The notes under the pieces were generated by a model. It saw only the letters and a program-made list of their open reading frames with translations, was not told the DNA's origin and did no database searches. From the NCBI GenBank assembly GCA_048885535.1, contig JBHLLO010000006.1:15915-79914 (forward strand): a stretch of 64,000 bases of DNA. Reading direction: 5' to 3'. Both the position numbers and the translations under genes were made by a program. The number at the start of each line of letters is the position of its first letter. The first letter of the stretch is position 1. Positions 37,564-46,628 of the stretch are shown in pieces. The stretch is from Candidatus Hermodarchaeota archaeon (GTDB taxonomy: Archaea; Asgardarchaeota; Lokiarchaeia; Sigyniarchaeales; SOKP01).

Positions 37564-39915
37564 ATGAGTAAAAAAGGCGCAAAATTAAAGATTGAATCAT
37601 ATAAAGGACCACTAGGAACGATAAAAGGCTTTGAATTAACAGCAGGCAAGGTTATTAGTGAAGGAGATGAGACGGAATGGGAAGAAATGGGTCCAACTCC
37701 TAAACCTACTATTCCCACACTAAGAAACTGGTTTTTTAAATTAATGGAAAGATATAAGCCCTTCTATATGCCTATATGTGATATGTGTTGCTTATGTACA
37801 TTTGGGAAATGTAATCTTTCAAAAGGTAGAACAGGTGCCTGTGGAATCAATATGGAAACTCAACAAGCGAGAATAGTTGAGATAGCATGTTGTATTGGAG
37901 CCGCCTGTCATAGTGCACATGGGGGGCATCTTTTACACTGGCTTAAGGAAAAATATGGTAATGTACCTATTAATTTTGGAAATAATATTGCCGTAGAAAT
38001 GCCAATGACTCGAATGATTATTGGAATGAAGCCACAAGACCTAGATGATTTAGAAACCGCAATGGAATGGGTTCAGTATACAATCACTCACTTATTAGCA
38101 GCAGGTCATACTGGTCAAGAATCAAATTACCTTGATTATGAATCAAAATCTTTTCTTGCAGGATTAGCTGATGCAGTTGGGATGGAAATAAGTGATGCTG
38201 TTCAAATGTGTGCATATGGATATCCAATAGGGGAACCTAATGTACCGATTGTAGAATTAGGGATGGGTACTATGGATACCACAAATAAAGCGTCGATTTT
38301 AATGGTTGGTCATAACGTAGCTCCTGGAGTTGAATTAGTGGATTACATTAGAGAGAAGGGATTAGACACTAAAGTCGATGTAGGTGCAATTTGCTGTACT
38401 GCTCATGACTTAACAAGATATTATGATGGTGCAAAAATTATTGGTTCAATTTCAAGACAACTTCATTATATCCGTTCTGGATTAGCGGATGTAGTTATGG
38501 TTGATGAGCAATGCGTAAACCTCAGAAATCTTGAACAAGCTCAGCTTGTAGGTGCTCCTTTTATTGCTACTAATGAAAAGAATATGAGTGGACTTCCTGA
38601 TAGGACAAACGATCCAATTAATGAAATTGTTGATGATTTAGTAAGTTATAAAATACCAGGTGTACTGATCTTAGACCCAATTAAAGCTGGGGCTGTAGCA
38701 GCTGAAACCGCAATAAAAATTAAACCAATTAGAAAGTCTAAAAGCGCTGTTCCTGATGAACAAGGTTGTATTGACATGGCATACAAGTGTAATGGTTGCG
38801 GAAATTGTCAGAGAAATTGCCCAAATGATCTGCCTTTAGTAGAAGCTGTAGGATTAGCTAAAGAAGGTGATTTTTCCTTATTAGCAAGTCTTTTCGATGA
38901 ATGTGTTGGATGTGGAAGATGCGAAGCTGATTGCATGAAAGATGTCTCTCCATTAAGTTTAATTATGTATGCTGCGAGAGAGCACATCAGGAGCGAAACT
39001 TATAACTGTCGCGCTGGAAGAGGTCCAATTCAAGATTCAGAGATTAGAAATGTAGGGGCACCCATAGTATTAGGAGAAATTCCTGGAATTGTGGCGATAA
39101 TTGGTTGTGCTAACTATGCCCATGAAATTCAGGAATTATACAAAATGGCAGAAGAATTTTTAAGAAGGAACTACATTGTTTGTGTTTCAGGTTGCGGAGC
39201 AATGGATATAGGTTTAGTTAAAGATGAAGAAGGTAAAACTTTATATGACAAGTATCCTGGTGATTTCGATCGAGGAGGTTTAGTTAACGTTGGGAGCTGT
39301 GTAGCGAATCCTCACATTGTGGGAGCCGCGGTAAAAGTTCCAAACATTTTTGCTAGACGTTCTATTAGGGGTAATTTTGAAGAAATTGCAGATTACATCT
39401 TGAATCGAGTTGGGGCTGTAGGAGTAGCATGGGGTGCTTATTCTCAGAAAGCCGCTTCAATTGCAAGCATGGCTAACGGTTTAGGTATTCCCGCAGTAAT
39501 CGGTCCCCACTGTGCCGAATATAGACGAATGTATATTGGTAGATCTGATGACGAAGAAACATGGAAAGTATGGAATGCAAGAGATGGTTCAGGAGATCAT
39601 TTGGTAGGTCCAGGTCCAGAACATTTACTAACTACTGCAGAATCAATTGAACAAGCGATCTGTTTGGTTGCTAAATTAGCAATACGTCCTGCTGATAACT
39701 CAAAGGGAAGAATGATAAAGCTTTCCCACTGGATTGATTTAGAACGTAAGTATAAAGGTGTTGATTTTCCAGAAGATCTCGAAAAATATATTCGAGTTGA
39801 AGCTGATATTCCAATTAATATGAAAGATGAAATTTTAGAATATATAAAAGGAAAAGGTTGGCAACCAAAAGAGATTGTGGATCCAACTCTTTTAAAGCGT
39901 TTATGTAGGACATAA
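37564..39915 (+). CDS. cdhA: CO dehydrogenase/acetyl-CoA synthase complex alpha subunit
   Basis: CDMCCLCTFGKC, HTGQE, GHNV, ICCTAHD, DEQC, two CxxCxxCxxxC ferredoxin motifs, GSCVAN, WGAYSQKA. Confidence 0.96.
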   Translation: MSKKGAKLKIESYKGPLGTIKGFELTAGKVISEGDETEWEEMGPTPKPTIPTLRNWFFKLMERYKPFYMPICDMCCLCTFGKCNLSKGRTGACGINMETQQARIVEIACCIGAACHSAHGGHLLHWLKEKYGNVPINFGNNIAVEMPMTRMIIGMKPQDLDDLETAMEWVQYTITHLLAAGHTGQESNYLDYESKSFLAGLADAVGMEISDAVQMCAYGYPIGEPNVPIVELGMGTMDTTNKASILMVGHNVAPGVELVDYIREKGLDTKVDVGAICCTAHDLTRYYDGAKIIGSISRQLHYIRSGLADVVMVDEQCVNLRNLEQAQLVGAPFIATNEKNMSGLPDRTNDPINEIVDDLVSYKIPGVLILDPIKAGAVAAETAIKIKPIRKSKSAVPDEQGCIDMAYKCNGCGNCQRNCPNDLPLVEAVGLAKEGDFSLLASLFDECVGCGRCEADCMKDVSPLSLIMYAAREHIRSETYNCRAGRGPIQDSEIRNVGAPIVLGEIPGIVAIIGCANYAHEIQELYKMAEEFLRRNYIVCVSGCGAMDIGLVKDEEGKTLYDKYPGDFDRGGLVNVGSCVANPHIVGAAVKVPNIFARRSIRGNFEEIADYILNRVGAVGVAWGAYSQKAASIASMANGLGIPAVIGPHCAEYRRMYIGRSDDEETWKVWNARDGSGDHLVGPGPEHLLTTAESIEQAICLVAKLAIRPADNSKGRMIKLSHWIDLERKYKGVDFPEDLEKYIRVEADIPINMKDEILEYIKGKGWQPKEIVDPTLLKRLCRT

Positions 39916-39970
39916 TTTGCCTAATTTTATTCTTTTTTTAATTTTTAATTTTTTTAAAAAGTGAAGTTAT

Positions 39971-40192
39971 TTGCACAAACATGATAAGGAAATTTTAAAA
40001 TTGTCTAAGTTATGTGAGCATTGGGCAACTCACAACGATAACCATATGGAAAGTTTCGAAAAATGGAGAGCAATTGCTGAGGAAAAAGCTTTAATAAATA
40101 TTGTAGAAAAACTCGATAAGGCGATTAATATGATGAAAAACTGTAATGACTATTTACTTGCTGCGAAAAAAGAATTAGATAAATTATTATAA
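39971..40192 (+). CDS. Small His-rich helical protein (HWxxHNxxH motif), putative metal-binding
   Basis: MHKHD...EHWATHNDNHMESFEKW; 55 nt downstream of cdhA. Confidence 0.7.
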   Translation: MHKHDKEILKLSKLCEHWATHNDNHMESFEKWRAIAEEKALINIVEKLDKAINMMKNCNDYLLAAKKELDKLL

Positions 40193-40199
40193 GAAAAGT

Positions 40200-41408
40200 T
40201 TAGAGAAACATATTTATTAAAGGTAGTATTTGTTCTCTGAAATAGTCCAGCTTCTCATACATCATTTCAGGATTTTCTGAAAGTATCCATAGATATACTG
40301 GAATTTTTAGTTCAGAGTAATCAAATAATTTTTCACCTTGAATAGTAAATCCATTTAATGGGAAATTTAGGGTAATAGATGATTCTCTGAGTAATCCAAT
40401 TGAGTTATGAAAATTTGACAAGGTCTGCATGATTAAAGCTGTATTATTTAATAAAGCCTCATCAATATTGGAATCATTGTAGTTTCCAAAAATCAACCCA
40501 TCCATCGAAATTAAACTTGAAGATTTTGCTTCAATTGTGTGAGAGAAATCTTCCAAAATGTTTTCAATAATTTCTGATGTGTCAGAAACCTTCTTAAGTG
40601 CTATACTAAACATTTGCATAATAGTTTCTTTTTGATAAATAGTAGTGTCTGAGAAATCTACAGAAAAATTTTCAAATTCACTTGTTATCTGATTAAATTT
40701 ATTCTTAACTACATTTATATTATCCTGCCATTGGATTGTAGATCGAAAATCCTGATCACTTTTACTCAAAACAACTAAAATGGGGGGATATTCATTTAAA
40801 TCATTTAAAGCTTTAAGAACTTGGCGAAAGTAATTCGCAGATTCTGGAAATCTATCCGAATCGTAAGTATCTACGACATATAAAACTAGATCAACTTCAG
40901 TGAAGAATAATTCAGGTCTGTTAAAATATAATTTTTCTCTATATTGAACTTGACCACCCAAATCCCAAGATATAATTGGGTAACCAAAAAAGTCTAATCG
41001 CTCTCTCTTTACACCTCTAGTAGGTAATAAAGATTTAATTATTGAGAATTTATCTTGAAGAACTGCTAAAATAGATGTTTTTCCTCCATTATCAAGTCCT
41101 ATCATCAATAGTTTTTTATGGGATTTCAATTGTTCTTTAATAGCTTTTACAACAACCTGTGCAATCTTTATCCATTTAATCAAAATAGAACTGGGAACTT
41201 CTTTAACATCTGGTGGATTGTCTAACGAAATTTTAGCTAAATCTCCAATATTTCTAATATTGTAGTCAGATAATGTATCTGAAGATACTTTATCAATACC
41301 AATGAGAGTTTCAGGTTTGAAATTTAGTACATCTTCTAGTTCATTAATAATAACATTACTTTTAAAAAAGTCTTTTACTTTTAAATTTTTAATATCATTC
41401 TCTGACAT
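40200..41408 (-). CDS. Small GTPase with N-terminal HhH-like domain and C-terminal roadblock-like domain (Rag-like architecture)
   Basis: GLDNGGKTS, PT, WDLGGQ, SKSD; N-terminal LIGIDKVSSDTLSDYNIRNIGDLA; C-terminal SLISMDGLIFG. Confidence 0.8.
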   Translation of the reverse strand: MSENDIKNLKVKDFFKSNVIINELEDVLNFKPETLIGIDKVSSDTLSDYNIRNIGDLAKISLDNPPDVKEVPSSILIKWIKIAQVVVKAIKEQLKSHKKLLMIGLDNGGKTSILAVLQDKFSIIKSLLPTRGVKRERLDFFGYPIISWDLGGQVQYREKLYFNRPELFFTEVDLVLYVVDTYDSDRFPESANYFRQVLKALNDLNEYPPILVVLSKSDQDFRSTIQWQDNINVVKNKFNQITSEFENFSVDFSDTTIYQKETIMQMFSIALKKVSDTSEIIENILEDFSHTIEAKSSSLISMDGLIFGNYNDSNIDEALLNNTALIMQTLSNFHNSIGLLRESSITLNFPLNGFTIQGEKLFDYSELKIPVYLWILSENPEMMYEKLDYFREQILPLINMFL

Positions 41409-41615
41409 GGCACATCTAAGATTTACACAAATTCTCTTTTCTCTATAATATATTTGTATTTAATTAATTAAAAAGAGTTTTATAAAATATGAAAAAACTA
41501 CCTTATAAAACTTTATTTTTGTGAAAAAAACATAATTATTTATTCTTTTTGTAACATATAAAAATTAGAACTATTATTTAGGGTTTAAAAAAAAAATAAC
41601 TGGGTAAATCTGAAA

Positions 41616-42815
41616 TTGAGTGAAAGAGTACCAGAAAATATTGTAATTTGCATTGATACTTCAAGATCCATGTATCGATCAGATTATCCTCCGTATCCAA
41701 GTAGATTAGATATCAGTATTGAAGCAGCAAAAAAGATAATAAATGAGAGATTGATGGAGGATAATATGTCTTCTTTCGCCATAGTTATATTTTCTGATAA
41801 ACCCAAAAAGGTTTTGGATTTCACTAGTGTAAAAGAATCCCTTTTCCAATCTTTAGGTACATTGAAATTTTCTGGAACATCAGCAATGGGAGACGCATTA
41901 GCATTTTCCATAAAATTGATTATTTCAGAGTTAAGAAAAATCGCGGCTAAAATCCCAAGAGTTCTTTTAATATCAGATGGAAAGTTTACAAAAACTTCTA
42001 TTGATCCTATAAAGATGGCTCGCCTTGCCCAAGGATTAAATATTAAAATTGATTGCTTCCGTTTAGGAGATTCATCTTCTCTTAATATACTAAAGCGATT
42101 AAGTGATATTACAGGAGGACGATATTATTATAATAATGATTCAGATTCTCTCTTACAAGCAGCCTTTAATTTTGCTAATTCAAATATTAAAACTTATGGA
42201 GAAACATCTAAATCCCCCATTGAAAATCCTAGCTTTCTTAGAAAAATTGCTGCCGATCTATTAAGGGTTCAGGATCTCACAAAAGATCAAGAACAACGTT
42301 TACTGCAAATGAAAGGATTAGCTGATTATAAAAAGTGTTCAATCTGTTTTTCTGATAAAAATCCCTATACTAAAAGCTCCTTTTTTGTTAGTGGTCGTTA
42401 TTGTCCAAATTGTCAAACTCCATATCATATACATTGTTTAGCATCTTGGGCAGACTCCCAAAAGGATGGAAAAATGAGGAAAGCGGGGACAGTCAGATGT
42501 CCGCATTGTTTCTACCTATTAAAAATACCCATTGAAGTATCACAAATAAGAAAATTAACTTCTTTGGTAAAACCACGAATTCAAGCGAATTCGACTAATC
42601 AGAAACCTGAAATTGCTGCAGCTGAATTGATTAACTTTGGAGATGTTGAAAAGGATGCGCTATTTGATTCGTGTTTAGTATGTAATCTTATATTTGAGCA
42701 AGATCAAAAACTTGTTAGATGTGAAAACTGTAAGACACTTTATCATCAAAACTGTTTTGAAGAATTAAATAATAGTCAATGCAAAAGCTGTGGTGTAAAA
42801 TTGCATTTATATTAA
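41616..42815 (+). CDS. vWA-domain protein with two C-terminal C4HC3 RING/PHD-like zinc fingers
   Basis: MIDAS DTSRS...T...SDG; CSIC...CPNC...HIHC..W...CPHC; CLVC...CENC...HQNC...CKSC. Confidence 0.85.
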   Translation: MSERVPENIVICIDTSRSMYRSDYPPYPSRLDISIEAAKKIINERLMEDNMSSFAIVIFSDKPKKVLDFTSVKESLFQSLGTLKFSGTSAMGDALAFSIKLIISELRKIAAKIPRVLLISDGKFTKTSIDPIKMARLAQGLNIKIDCFRLGDSSSLNILKRLSDITGGRYYYNNDSDSLLQAAFNFANSNIKTYGETSKSPIENPSFLRKIAADLLRVQDLTKDQEQRLLQMKGLADYKKCSICFSDKNPYTKSSFFVSGRYCPNCQTPYHIHCLASWADSQKDGKMRKAGTVRCPHCFYLLKIPIEVSQIRKLTSLVKPRIQANSTNQKPEIAAAELINFGDVEKDALFDSCLVCNLIFEQDQKLVRCENCKTLYHQNCFEELNNSQCKSCGVKLHLY

Positions 42816-42865
42816 TTAATAGTACTTCTTTCTAAAAATTATATATTAGTTAATTTGAGTTAATT

Positions 42866-43750
42866 ATGACTATAGAGAATTATTATAATTATAAAAATTT
42901 CAAATTAGGATTCGGAAATTTCAATTTACCTCCAGTTCTAATTGGTACAATGTTTTATCAAGGACAATCCATTGTCGAGAGAAAAAACAGTCAAAATTTT
43001 AATAAGGAAAAAGCAAAAAAAAGAATTCAGAATCAACAAGATTTATCTAATCAATATAAAATTCCAAACCTTATTGAAATATCAGCAGACAACCCTGACT
43101 CTATGATCAAATATCTTGAATTTTTCCTAGATAATTTTGAACCACCTTTTGTTTTGGGAGGTTCAATTGAAGCGAGAATTTCTGGTGTTGAATATCTAAT
43201 CGAAAGAGGTGTTAAGCCTGAGGAATTCATTTACAACACCATTTCAAATCTCAAGAATAACAAAGAATGTGACTTGATTAAAAATTATAAAATAACTAAC
43301 CTTGTTGTATTAATACTAGGCTCCAATAATATGACATCTACTCAGAGATTTAATTATTTAGTCGAAAAAAGCCAATCAGATAATTCAAGTTTACTTGAAG
43401 GAATAAGAAAGTTAGGTGTAGAAAGAATATGGATTGATGGCGGTTTGTTTGACATAGAGAGTCTAGCTCATATTCTAGAAACTCAACAATTAATAAGTAC
43501 ATCTCTAAAATTACCTGTGGGAACTGCTCCTAATTTATTTTTATATAAATATTCATCTCCAAGATTAAATTTAAAATTTCATACTCGCTATCGAAGAGCT
43601 AGCATTATGTTTATTGCATCTTGGTTTTCTAATTTTATTTTTTATGGAGCAATTGAAGATGCTAAAGAATGTTTTGCATCTACTTACCAAGCTGTTGAAT
43701 TTAAAAAAATTTTAAAAGCTAATAATATCAAACTTTTAGATAAGTTTTAG
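42866..43750 (+). CDS. MtrH/MtgA-like pterin-dependent methyltransferase family protein (divergent)
   Basis: PPVLIGTMFYQGQSIV, FNKEKA, IYNTI, LPVGTAPN and FIFYGAIE resemble MtrH conserved blocks. Confidence 0.75.
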   Translation: MTIENYYNYKNFKLGFGNFNLPPVLIGTMFYQGQSIVERKNSQNFNKEKAKKRIQNQQDLSNQYKIPNLIEISADNPDSMIKYLEFFLDNFEPPFVLGGSIEARISGVEYLIERGVKPEEFIYNTISNLKNNKECDLIKNYKITNLVVLILGSNNMTSTQRFNYLVEKSQSDNSSLLEGIRKLGVERIWIDGGLFDIESLAHILETQQLISTSLKLPVGTAPNLFLYKYSSPRLNLKFHTRYRRASIMFIASWFSNFIFYGAIEDAKECFASTYQAVEFKKILKANNIKLLDKF

Positions 43751-43840
43751 CTACAAAATATTATTTTGTTGATCAAAACTTAAATAAACTTTCTTTCTTT
43801 AGAATAGTATTATTAGTTAAAAATTAGATTCTTCTAATTA

Positions 43841-44995
43841 TTGGACATAGGAAAAATGTATGCAAATCAATATAAAGATGAATTAGAAATTGAAGCAATT
43901 AAACTAATTGATCGGGCTGAAGAACTCATTGATAAAGGTAAAGGGAATGAAGCTATAAAATTATATGAAAAAGCAGCACAAATTTATCTAGATCTAGGAA
44001 GTTACTTTAAGTTGGATGAATTATTTATCCGTATAACTCGTGTAATTTCGCAGTTTAAAAATAATATTCAAGCAGTATACAGATTAAAATCAATAATTCG
44101 GAAAACGGAAGAATTAAAATTATACGAAATTTCCGCGAAGTTATTAGTTCAATTAGGAAATATTTCATTTCAAATGAATGATTGGGAAACTGCGGGTGAT
44201 AGCTGGAGTAAAGCATCTGAGTACTTTCTTGAAGCAGATCCAGAAGAATATAATAAATTAGCATCTATTCTCTTGTTAAAAGCAGGTCAAACTTATGAAC
44301 GTTCCCAGCTTACGAAGGATTTAGGCAAACGACTTATACTAAAAGCAGTTATGATAATTAACAAGTTTGATGAACTTTATCAACAAGAAGAAAAAAAAGC
44401 TCAAATATTAATAGAAAATAAAGAATTTGAAGCAGCTGCAGATAAATTTCATACTATATCTACATATTTTAGAAGATCCCTAGATAATATGGGAGAGCTA
44501 TTAGATGAAGCAGATTCTAAAGATACTATACTCAATGCAAAAGCAAGATTCATTCATTTTATTGCCGAATATCAAGTTTTGTCGGCAATCTGTTTAACAG
44601 CTTTAAATAATCCTGATTTTAAAGAAAAAGTTCAAACTCTTGGAAACGATTCAATAAATCTTTTTAAGGAATCTATTTCACTCCTTAAAGATTATTTATT
44701 TCCTATAAGAACAGAATTTGATAGAGAGATAATCCTAAGAATTACATTTGATACTATGTTACTAACAATTATTCAAAAAATTATAAATGTGGAGATAGTT
44801 AACAGTAGAGAATATCTGTTTAACTCAATAGAAACAAATAATGCTTTAGTTGCAAAATTAAAAAAAAGCCCTTATTTTAAAATAACAAAAAAAGTTGAAA
44901 AAGCTGGTCTTACTGAAGCTCTAAATGATTTGTTAAAAGTTAACTTAGGTCATTTTGAAAAGATAAAAAACACTCTAATCTCTCACTTTTTATAA
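43841..44995 (+). CDS. Alpha-helical repeat (TPR/alpha-SNAP-like) protein
   Basis: Repeats of A..Y.KAA..Y type: AIKLYEKAAQIY, AGDSWSKASEYF, AADKFHTISTYF. Confidence 0.65.
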   Translation: MDIGKMYANQYKDELEIEAIKLIDRAEELIDKGKGNEAIKLYEKAAQIYLDLGSYFKLDELFIRITRVISQFKNNIQAVYRLKSIIRKTEELKLYEISAKLLVQLGNISFQMNDWETAGDSWSKASEYFLEADPEEYNKLASILLLKAGQTYERSQLTKDLGKRLILKAVMIINKFDELYQQEEKKAQILIENKEFEAAADKFHTISTYFRRSLDNMGELLDEADSKDTILNAKARFIHFIAEYQVLSAICLTALNNPDFKEKVQTLGNDSINLFKESISLLKDYLFPIRTEFDREIILRITFDTMLLTIIQKIINVEIVNSREYLFNSIETNNALVAKLKKSPYFKITKKVEKAGLTEALNDLLKVNLGHFEKIKNTLISHFL

Positions 44996-45037
44996 CTGAA
45001 TTAATTGTCAAGAAGAAGATCAATATTTTCTATTTAA

Positions 45038-45394
45038 TTAGAATTTGATATTTATCTGACTATATTTCAATTTGCTTATCTTTCTTACTCCATGATTTCC
45101 TGAACAGTAAATACAATCTATTAAGCCAGCTTCTTCAAGCTTTTTGATCTGAGCAGAAATATTTGCTTCAGTCATATTTAAATTCGCAGCTATGTTAGAT
45201 ACATCCATTCCATTGTTATTTAGCTGAATCTGTTGAAGAATTAATCGTCGAGTCTCTGATGAAAGTGCTTTTGCGATTAACTCGATTTTGCCATCTGACT
45301 CAATTGTAATTGATCCATCATCACTGCGGACTAATTCTAATTTAAAAGAAGAATCTAATTCTGGATTTTGACCTAAATTTTCCGTTAGCTCCAC
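45038..45394 (-). CDS. ArsR-family winged-helix transcriptional regulator
   Basis: AKALSSETRRLIL...VSNIAANLNMTEANISAQIKKLEEAGLI...G..G.RK. Confidence 0.88.
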   Translation of the reverse strand: MELTENLGQNPELDSSFKLELVRSDDGSITIESDGKIELIAKALSSETRRLILQQIQLNNNGMDVSNIAANLNMTEANISAQIKKLEEAGLIDCIYCSGNHGVRKISKLKYSQINIKF

Positions 45395-46005
45395 TATCTC
45401 ATTCAGCCCTTAATACTAGCAATTTTTTATTATTTGGGTACAAAAATAGTAAATCTAATTAGGCTTTTAAGTCTGATCTTATATTCATCATATTACTTTT
45501 GATAATATTAGTTACTATATATTACATTTGCTATCATTTTTTTGAGATAGGATTAAATTTAAGGTATAAACAAAAGCTCATAAATTATAAAAGTAATGTG
45601 CAATTAGGTAGTGAATTCTCTAACTTTTTTTAAAAATCTCCCGTATTTTAAGAATAACAATTTTTCTAGGGTACATATTTTAGTTAGAACATTATTTATT
45701 TAATATATTATGTTTTGAACAGAAATTATATTTATTTTTTTTTCAATTTTTGTAAAAAAAAATTCATAAAAAATGTTATAAAGTTCATTTTATCTTCTAG
45801 AATCATCTTACTTAATAAGATTTCCATTAATCTCATAACAATTATCTAACAAGATCTTCTTAATTTTATGAGATAGAATTTATTATTAAGATCAATATAT
45901 TTAGAAAGCAAAAAAAAATTCATAAATAGTCGTTAAACTTTTTAAGTTACTTTGATTACATAATATTACAAAAAAAACAATTAATAATTAAGGTTGATAT
46001 AAAAG

Positions 46006-46614
46006 TTGAGTCAAAAGAAGGGTTCAAATCACTCTCAAGATGTGATTACAATCAGAATTGACCATGATTTGAGCGATAATTTAAACAAAATAAAGGAAAG
46101 GTTGGGAATTTCGAAAGCTGACCTAATAAGGAATTATTTGGATATGTCAAAATTCATGATAAAGCAGAAAGGATCAATTAAATCATTAAATAATCGTGAC
46201 TTTATAATTGTAAAAAGAAGTTATGTAAAAAAATTGATCGAAAATATGGATGAGGATGAGCAGATAAGATTAGGAGATAAATTGGCTCGTTTTATTAATG
46301 ATATTGCCCGCATAAATGGGAAAGAAGAGGATATTAAATATAAATTAGAATTTTGTGATAATTTAGGATTTTTTACAAACTTCATTGATGAAGAAAATTA
46401 TCTTTTAATTACAAAAGAATTTGGGCCACAAAAGTTTGTAGAATCATTTTTATGGAGAATTTTTAATAATAAGGAAATGAATCCAAGTTATATTGAAGAA
46501 GAAATGAAAGGAAATAAAAGTTTAAGAGCAAAATATAAAAGTGAAATTCAACCAATTACCAGATCATCATCACATTATTCCTTTGAATTTGCAAAGGTAA
46601 CTGAATCAGAATAA
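46006..46614 (+). CDS. Ribbon-helix-helix regulator with a C-terminal domain of unknown function
   Basis: DVITIRIDHDLSDNLNKIKERLGISKADLIRNYL. Confidence 0.75.
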   Translation: MSQKKGSNHSQDVITIRIDHDLSDNLNKIKERLGISKADLIRNYLDMSKFMIKQKGSIKSLNNRDFIIVKRSYVKKLIENMDEDEQIRLGDKLARFINDIARINGKEEDIKYKLEFCDNLGFFTNFIDEENYLLITKEFGPQKFVESFLWRIFNNKEMNPSYIEEEMKGNKSLRAKYKSEIQPITRSSSHYSFEFAKVTESE

Positions 46615-46628
46615 AACGAATAATGCTA

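Noticed and set aside
37564-39915. Selenocysteine recoding or SECIS elements (known in Lokiarchaeia)
   Set aside because: No in-frame TGA at a Cys position in CdhA or other redox genes; the TGA stops checked (13971, 33612, 34797) are followed quickly by further stops
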